This document shows positions 58,163 to 64,000 of a stretch of DNA of 64,000 nt, in pieces. This stretch comes from Planctomycetota bacterium (lineage in GTDB: Bacteria > Planctomycetota > UBA11346), in the NCBI GenBank assembly GCA_038213805.1, contig JBBQSO010000004.1, forward strand, positions 52,337 to 116,336. Reading direction: 5' to 3'. Each line of letters begins with the position of its first letter. Positions within the stretch are counted from its first letter, which is position 1. The position numbers and the translations under genes are program-made. Under the pieces are notes generated by a model. The model saw nothing but the letters and a program-made list of their open reading frames with translations, was not told where the DNA came from and ran no database searches.

Positions 58163-59263
58163 TCAGCCCCGGCGCTGCCACAGGCACTGGAAGAACTCCG
58201 GCTGGACCGGGTCGGTGCTGCTGGCGACTGGAGTCCAAGCCTGACCGAGGGCGTAGTCGGCGGTCGTGACGCGGACCTTGTCGAGCGGGTTGAACCAGTC
58301 CGCCCACTGCTTGAGGTAGACCCAGCGCGAGGCCAGACGCTGGAAGTGGGCGAGGTAGTGGCGGATGTGCGCCATGCTCATCTCGGGTAGCGTACTGATC
58401 GACAGCACCCCGTCGAACCAGCCGTCGGGGAACAGCGCCATCTGGTTCGAGGTGAAGAACGCCAGCTGGCAGTTGGCCAGTTCGTCCGCGATCTCGGCGA
58501 AGGTGGTGAAGCGCCGGAAGGGGAAGATGCGCGCGCCGGGGAACACCTTGGTGAGGTACGACTGCGATACGAACAGGGTGGGCGGGATATCGAAGATACA
58601 GTAGCAGCCCGGCCGCGCTGTGGCGAAGACGTGGGCGACGCGGCCGTAGCCGGCGCCCAGCTCTGCGATGCGCTCGCCCGCCGCCGGTGGTGGGCCGGCG
58701 TGGGTGGCGATGAAGGCGTACTCGAGGATCGAGTTGGCGAGGTCCTGGGAGATCAGCCGGCCCTTGCGCCGCACCGCGATGGGGTTGCCGTACTCCGGCT
58801 CGGTGAGCACTTCCCCCAGCCCGGCAGGGGCCTGGCTGCGCATGTACTCCCAGAGCAGACCGACGTAAAGCTTGTAGACGAACAGCTGCCGCCCCGAGAC
58901 CAGGTTGGTGCGTGACAGGGTGGTGTGGACGAACTCCGGCCGGGTGATGCGGTTGAACAGCGGTTGGAGGCTGCAGTGCCGCGGCCACAGCGCCAGCAGG
59001 CGCTGCAGCGCCTTGCGCCCAATCATCCAGTTGAAGTAGTTCTGCGCGACCGTGCGTTTGAAGTTCTCAAGGCCGTGCTCGGCCAGCATGGCGATGTTCT
59101 GCTGGCCGACCTCGCGCCAGTATATGGAGGGGCGGTAGAGCGCGTCGGCGCCGTCGAGCTCGTCAAACATCGCGCTGGTCGCAGTCGAGATGAGCTGCGC
59201 CGAGGGATGCTCGCCGGCGGCCGTCGCGGGCGGCGGGTCCGGCATGGGGGTGTGCGTGGTCAT
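58163..59263 (-). CDS. Putative sugar O-methyltransferase (NanM-like family)
   Basis: PSIYW, ELGAGYGRVAH, FDIPPTL..SQSYL, STLPEMS. Confidence 0.8.
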   Translation of the reverse strand: MTTHTPMPDPPPATAAGEHPSAQLISTATSAMFDELDGADALYRPSIYWREVGQQNIAMLAEHGLENFKRTVAQNYFNWMIGRKALQRLLALWPRHCSLQPLFNRITRPEFVHTTLSRTNLVSGRQLFVYKLYVGLLWEYMRSQAPAGLGEVLTEPEYGNPIAVRRKGRLISQDLANSILEYAFIATHAGPPPAAGERIAELGAGYGRVAHVFATARPGCYCIFDIPPTLFVSQSYLTKVFPGARIFPFRRFTTFAEIADELANCQLAFFTSNQMALFPDGWFDGVLSISTLPEMSMAHIRHYLAHFQRLASRWVYLKQWADWFNPLDKVRVTTADYALGQAWTPVASSTDPVQPEFFQCLWQRRG

Positions 59264-60177
59264 GGGTGGTTGCGCTCCTGCCACCACGCCACGGTCTGGC
59301 GGAGGCCGTCTTCGAGGTCGAGGCGCGGCGCCCAGCCGAGCGCGCGCAGGCGCGCGCCGTCGCCGACGATCATGGGCGGGTCCCAGTCGTTCTGCGGCCG
59401 CGCGCCGAAGCGGATCAGTTCGGGGCGTCCGGCGAGGCGGCCGGCGGTCTCCATGAGCGCGCGCATCGCCACGCCTGCGCCGCTGGCGATGTGGAAGGTG
59501 CCGCCGGCGCTGCCGTCGGCGAGCGCGACGAAGGCCGCCGCGACGTCATCGACGTGCAGGTAGTCGCGCACCTGGGTGCCCGCGGTGGCGGGGAACTCAC
59601 GGCCGGCCTGCAGCGCGGTGATCAGCGCGGGGATGGCGCGGCGCGCGTCCTCTTCTGGGCCGTAGAGGTAGAAGATGCGGCCCCAGGCGAGCGGCACGCC
59701 GGCGCGGCGCGCCAGTTCGCGCGCCATCAGCATCAGCGAGAGTTTAGCTGCAGCGTAGAGCGTGCCCGGGTCGGTGGGACCGTCCTCGCGCAGCGGTTGC
59801 TGGCGCACGTCGCACTCGGCGCAGGTACCGGCCATCACCACCTGCGCGCAGCCGGCGTGGATCAGGGTCTGGAGCAGCGCCAGGCCGCTCGCAACGGCGG
59901 CGAGGTTTTCCTGCGCGTGCAGGTACTTGCCCGGTTCGGCGTACCAGGCGAGATGGATGCAGCGCTCCGGCCGGAAGGCCAGCACCGCAGCGCGCACGCT
60001 GGCAGAGTCGGCGAGCTCGGCCTGCAGCACGCGCACCTGCGCGATCACCGATTCGAGGCGGCGCAGGTCGCTGCCCGCGCGCACCACCACGCCGACCTCG
60101 GTACCGCTGGCAACCAGGCGCCGCACCACGTGCGCGCCGATGAAGCCGCCGCCGCCGGTGACCAGCACGCGGGTCAT
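59260..60177 (-). CDS. NAD(P)-dependent epimerase/dehydratase family, probable NDP-4-keto-6-deoxyhexose reductase
   Basis: TGGGGFIG, HLAW, AGTCAE, YAAAK, RIFYLYGP. Confidence 0.85.
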   Translation of the reverse strand: MTRVLVTGGGGFIGAHVVRRLVASGTEVGVVVRAGSDLRRLESVIAQVRVLQAELADSASVRAAVLAFRPERCIHLAWYAEPGKYLHAQENLAAVASGLALLQTLIHAGCAQVVMAGTCAECDVRQQPLREDGPTDPGTLYAAAKLSLMLMARELARRAGVPLAWGRIFYLYGPEEDARRAIPALITALQAGREFPATAGTQVRDYLHVDDVAAAFVALADGSAGGTFHIASGAGVAMRALMETAGRLAGRPELIRFGARPQNDWDPPMIVGDGARLRALGWAPRLDLEDGLRQTVAWWQERNHP

Positions 60178-60716
60178 GGGGTGGTTGCCGCGAACGGCGG
60201 GTAGGCGAGGTCCTTGGCCGAGACGGTGCGCCGCTCCGCATGCGGCCACTCGACCGCGAAGGCCGGATCGTCGAAGCGCGCGCCGCGTGCGCACTCGGGA
60301 TGGAACGAGTCCGACATGTGGTAGAGCACCTCGCTGGCGTCCTCCAGGCTCTGGAACCCGTGCGCGAACCCATGCGGGATGTACAGGGCGGTGTGCGCGT
60401 CGGCGGCGAGTTCGACCGCCAGCCACTGCCGGAAGGTCGGCGACTCCGGGCGCACGTCGACGATGACGTCGTGGATGCGGCCGCGCGTGCAGCGCACCAG
60501 CTTGGCCTCGGCATGCGGCGCGTCCTGCCAGTGCAGGCCGCGCAGCGTGCCCGCGGCGCGGTTGAAGGAGACGTTGCACTGCACCAGCGCCGGATCGAGC
60601 CCGTGCGCGGCGAATTCGCGCGCGCACCACGAGCGCGCGAAGAAGCCGCGCTCGTCGGCGAGCGGTTCGAGATCGACCAGCACGGCGCCGGCCAGGCGGG
60701 TCGCGGTGAAACGCAT
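60174..60716 (-). CDS. NDP-4-keto-6-deoxyhexose 3,5-epimerase (RmlC-family paralogue)
   Basis: DERGFFAR, GTLRGLHWQ, KLVRC, GFAHGFQ. Confidence 0.92.
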   Translation of the reverse strand: MRFTATRLAGAVLVDLEPLADERGFFARSWCAREFAAHGLDPALVQCNVSFNRAAGTLRGLHWQDAPHAEAKLVRCTRGRIHDVIVDVRPESPTFRQWLAVELAADAHTALYIPHGFAHGFQSLEDASEVLYHMSDSFHPECARGARFDDPAFAVEWPHAERRTVSAKDLAYPPFAATTP

Positions 60717-60718
60717 GC

Positions 60719-61954
60719 CTAGACGATCTTCACGACGGGTATGGGGATGATGAAACGGCCGCCGCGGCGCTGGTACTCGGCCTGCTGCTTCATGATCTCG
60801 TCGGCGAAGTTCCAGGCCAGGATGAGCAGGTAGTCGGGCTGGTCGGCGAGGATGCGCTCCGGGCCGTGGATCGGCACGTGGACGCCGGGCATGAAGCGGC
60901 CCTGCTTGTAGGTGCTGCGGTCGGCCACGAAGTCGAGGGTCTCGGTACCGATGCCGAAGGAGTTCAGCAGCGTGCTGCCCTTGGCTGCGGCGCCGTAGGC
61001 GGCGATGCGCTTGCCCTGCGCCTTGAGCTCGCCCAGGGTGCGGCGCAGATCGGATTTGAGCGTCGCGACCGTGCGCGCGAAGGCCTGGTACGCGGCGGGA
61101 TCGGTGACGCCCCAGGCGGCCTCGGCGGCGAGCAGCGTGGTGACCGAGGCGTCGGCGGTGCGGCCAGGCTTCAGTGGCTCGGCGAACAGGCGTACCGAGC
61201 CGCCGTGGAAGGGCAGATGCTCGACCGCGCGGATCAGCAGCCCCTGGCTGCGGAACAGTCGGTCGAGCGCGGTCAGCGAGTAGTAGCAGAGGTGCTCATG
61301 ATAGATGGTGTCGAATTCGCAGTGGTCGAGGAACGGCTTGATGTAGGGCGACTCGAGCACCGCCACGCCGTCGTCCTTGAGCAGCAGGGCGAAGCCGCGC
61401 ACGAAGCCGGTCAAGTCGGCGACGTGGGCGAGCACGTTGTTGGCGTGGATGACGTCGGCGCGCCGCCCCTGGTCGCGCAGCGTCTGCGCGGTGGCGGTGC
61501 CGAAGAAGGCGTTGAGGGTGTCGATGCCGCGCTCCTCGCGCGCCACCTTGGCGATGTTGGCTGCCGGCTCGATGCCCAGCACCGGCACGCCGGCGCGCTT
61601 GTAGAACTGCAGCAGGTAGCCGTCGTTGCTCGCGACCTCGGCGACCAGGCTGCCGGGGCCAAGGTGGCGCTCGGCGACCAGGCGCGTGGCGATGGTCTCG
61701 GCGTGCTTGACGAAGCTCTCGGAAAACGATGAGAAGTAGAGGTAGTCGCTGAACAGCTGCTCCGGCGGCACGGTCTCGGTGATCTGCAGCAGCGAGCAGT
61801 CGCGGCACAGCACCAGGTCGAGCGGGAAGACCGGCTCGGGGGCGCCCAGGCGGTCAGCGGTGGGCAGCGCGTTAGCGAGCGGCGTGGAGCCGAGGTCGAG
61901 GATCGGGGCGAGCCGGGTGCCGCTGCAGGCGCGGCAGGCGGAGATGCGGGTCAT
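60719..61954 (-). CDS. NDP-hexose C-methyltransferase (TylC3/EryBIII/NovU-like)
   Basis: Zn-binding CRAC...CRDC, EVASNDG, NVLAHV, FDTIYHEH, HGGS, YGAAAKG, LAWNF. Confidence 0.92.
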   Translation of the reverse strand: MTRISACRACSGTRLAPILDLGSTPLANALPTADRLGAPEPVFPLDLVLCRDCSLLQITETVPPEQLFSDYLYFSSFSESFVKHAETIATRLVAERHLGPGSLVAEVASNDGYLLQFYKRAGVPVLGIEPAANIAKVAREERGIDTLNAFFGTATAQTLRDQGRRADVIHANNVLAHVADLTGFVRGFALLLKDDGVAVLESPYIKPFLDHCEFDTIYHEHLCYYSLTALDRLFRSQGLLIRAVEHLPFHGGSVRLFAEPLKPGRTADASVTTLLAAEAAWGVTDPAAYQAFARTVATLKSDLRRTLGELKAQGKRIAAYGAAAKGSTLLNSFGIGTETLDFVADRSTYKQGRFMPGVHVPIHGPERILADQPDYLLILAWNFADEIMKQQAEYQRRGGRFIIPIPVVKIV

Positions 61955-62096
61955 GCAGTGTCCCAGGGGGTGCGGCTGAGGACCGGTCGGAGGCGGGCCA
62001 GCAGGCGGAGGCGGATGGAAGGGGAGCATACCTCCGCCCCCCGCGGAACGGAAGGGGTCGGCCGGTCGCGGGTGGAGGTGGTGGCGCCTAACCGAG

Positions 62097-63185
62097 TCAC
62101 CCCGCCCATGTCGCGCGCTGCCCGGCCTGGCTGGCGACATAGGCGGCGATCTGGCGATCGGTGCAGGCGCGCAGATCCTCGCCGCGCTGGTGCGCCTGGT
62201 ACCACGCCGCGGTGGCGCGCGCGGTGGTCGGCATGTCCCACGCGCCGCGCCAGCCGAGACGGGCCGCGGCCTTGCTGCAGTCGAGCCTGAGCAGGCCGGC
62301 CTCGTGTGGCTGCCCGGGGCGGGCGCCGCCGGCCTCGACGCTGCCTGTGCCCCAGGCGTCGATCAGGCTGCGGGCGAGTTCGAGCACGGTGGCGACGCTC
62401 TGCTCGCCTGGTCCGAAATTCCAGGCTTCGGCGTGGGCCGGTCCATCCTCGCCGAGCAGCCGCGCGGCGAGCAGCAGGTAGCCGGACAGCGGCTCGAGCA
62501 CGTGCTGCCAGGGCCGCGTCGCCTGTGGGTTGCGCAGGGCCAGGGTGCGGCCGGCGGCGAGCGCGGCGACGAAGTCGGTGACGATGCGGTCGGCCGACCA
62601 GTCGCCGCCGCCGATGACGTTGCCAGCACGGCCGCTCGCCAGGCGCACCGCGCCGTCGGCGAAGAACGAGCGCCGGTAGCTGGACACCACCAACTCGGCA
62701 GCGCCCTTGCTCGCGCTATAGGGGTCGTGGCCGCCCATGGCGTCGCTCTCGCGGTAGCCCCACACCCATTCATGGTTCTCGTAGCACTTGTCGGACGTCA
62801 CCACCACCACCGCGCGCACGCCGGGCGTGGCGCGCACCGCCTCGAGCAGGTTGACGGTGCCGCCGACGTTGGTGTCCCAGGTGGTCTTGGGATCCTGGTA
62901 GGAGGCGCGCACCAGCGGCTGCGCCGCGAGGTGCAGCACCACCTCGGGGCGTATCTCCGCCACCGCGCGCGCCAGCGCGGCGGCATCCCGGATGTCGATC
63001 AGCCGCGAGTCCATGCGCCCGGCCAGGGCGAGCGCGCCGAACAGGTCGGGGGTGGTGGCGGGCGCCAGGGCGACGCCGGAGACGCGTGCGCCGAGCGCGA
63101 GCAGCCAGTGCGCCAGCCACCCACCCTTGAAGCCGGTATGGCCGGTGACCAGCACACGGCGGCCGCGGAAGGCGTCGCCGAACAT
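62097..63185 (-). CDS. rfbG: CDP-glucose 4,6-dehydratase
   Basis: TGHTGFKG, HLAAQPLVR, TSDKCY, DPYSASK, RAGNVIGGGDW, RPWQHVLEPL. Confidence 0.96.
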   Translation of the reverse strand: MFGDAFRGRRVLVTGHTGFKGGWLAHWLLALGARVSGVALAPATTPDLFGALALAGRMDSRLIDIRDAAALARAVAEIRPEVVLHLAAQPLVRASYQDPKTTWDTNVGGTVNLLEAVRATPGVRAVVVVTSDKCYENHEWVWGYRESDAMGGHDPYSASKGAAELVVSSYRRSFFADGAVRLASGRAGNVIGGGDWSADRIVTDFVAALAAGRTLALRNPQATRPWQHVLEPLSGYLLLAARLLGEDGPAHAEAWNFGPGEQSVATVLELARSLIDAWGTGSVEAGGARPGQPHEAGLLRLDCSKAAARLGWRGAWDMPTTARATAAWYQAHQRGEDLRACTDRQIAAYVASQAGQRATWAG

Positions 63186-63997
63186 CACCAGCGCTCCGTC
63201 CACGGCGCCTGGCCGCCGTCCCACAGCTGGTTGAGCATCTGGTGCTCGCGGGCGGTGTCCATGCACTGCCAGAAGCCCTGGTGGACGTAGGCGGCGAGTT
63301 CGCCGTCGGCGACCGCACCGCGCATCGGCTCCTGCTCCAGGACCAGGCCGGCGGAGGTGGTCAGGTAGCGTTCGATGAAACTGCGCGCGATGACCATGTA
63401 CCCGCCGTTGATGAGGCCGGACTCGGTCTGCGGCTTCTCATGGAAGCCGGCGACCCGCCCACCGTCGAGCTGGATCTCGCCGAAGCGCCCAGCCGGGTGC
63501 ACCGCGGTGACGGTCATGGCCTTGCCCTGGGCGCGGTGGTGGGCGAGCAGTGCCGCCAGATCGACGTTGGCGACGCCGTCGCCATAGGTCAGGAAGCAGT
63601 CGCGGTCCTCGTCCTTCAGGTAGCGCGCCGCGCGCGCCACGCGCCCGCCGGTCATGGTCTTGTCGCCGGTGTCGGCAAGGGTTACCTGCCAGTCGTCTTC
63701 GGCACTGGCGCCGTGATAGACGATGCCGCCGCCGTGCCCGAGGGTGATGGTGGTGTCGGTGGCGCGGCTGTGGTAGTTGAGGAAGTAGTCGATGATCGCC
63801 TCGCGCTTGTAGCCGAGGCAGAGGATGAAGCGGCGCACGCCGAAGGCGGCGTAGGTCTTCATGATGTGCCACAGGATGGGCTGTGGACCGACCGGCACCA
63901 TCGGTTTGGGCAGCAGTTCGGTGACGTCGCGCAGGCGCGTGCCCATGCCACCGCACAGGATCATCGCAGGCGGCATCGGCGGAGGCGGGGTGGGCAT
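63185..63997 (-). CDS. rfbF: Glucose-1-phosphate cytidylyltransferase
   Basis: ILCGGMGTR, PKPMV, ILWHIMK, TMTGGR, LTYGDG, INGG, FWQCMDT. Confidence 0.95.
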   Translation of the reverse strand: MPTPPPPMPPAMILCGGMGTRLRDVTELLPKPMVPVGPQPILWHIMKTYAAFGVRRFILCLGYKREAIIDYFLNYHSRATDTTITLGHGGGIVYHGASAEDDWQVTLADTGDKTMTGGRVARAARYLKDEDRDCFLTYGDGVANVDLAALLAHHRAQGKAMTVTAVHPAGRFGEIQLDGGRVAGFHEKPQTESGLINGGYMVIARSFIERYLTTSAGLVLEQEPMRGAVADGELAAYVHQGFWQCMDTAREHQMLNQLWDGGQAPWTERW

Positions 63998-64000
63998 CGT

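Noticed and set aside
61981..62070. Inverted repeat GGCGGAGG/CCTCCGCC between rfbG and the C-methyltransferase
   Set aside because: 8-bp GC stem with a 19-nt loop and no U-tract; expected by chance; no repeat copies seen.

Overview
This is a high-GC bacterial window (about 70% in the flanks; possibly Planctomycetota/PVC, a weak inference), and almost all genes are on the minus strand. (i) 1-7.8 kb holds regulatory and housekeeping genes: two CarH/LitR-like regulators with degenerate cobalamin motifs, a renalase-like flavoprotein, an IclR regulator, folE, rpiB, an atypical response regulator and a secreted SGNH hydrolase. (ii) 7.8-64 kb is one very large cell-surface glycan locus that continues past the right edge. 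It has an O-antigen ligase-like gene; a 9.4-19.2 kb operon (transaldolase, HAD phosphatase, SIS isomerase, nucleotidyltransferase, GHMP kinase, Gfo/Idh/MocA oxidoreductase, SDR, Cys-less UDP-Glc-dehydrogenase homologue, epimerase, small flippase-like protein, polyprenyl-P GT2, methyltransferase); dTDP-rhamnose genes split by cysC and a sulfotransferase; a second GT2/flippase/GT-C module with a GMC oxidoreductase; a Wzm/Wzt ABC system with a 1774-aa multidomain polymerase/terminator-like protein; and a WbaP/Wzx block with a CDP-linked C-methyl 6-deoxysugar pathway and an Fe/2OG dioxygenase. The best candidate for a new system is the 9.4-19.2 kb operon. Family for family, it matches the GDP-octose pathway of lincomycin (LmbR/N/P/K/O/M/L/Z), has an SDR in place of the aminotransferase, and is coupled to a lipid-carrier glycosylation route rather than antibiotic assembly. 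All calls come from motif reading only; no database searches were run. No rRNA, tRNA, CRISPR array or transposase was recognised.
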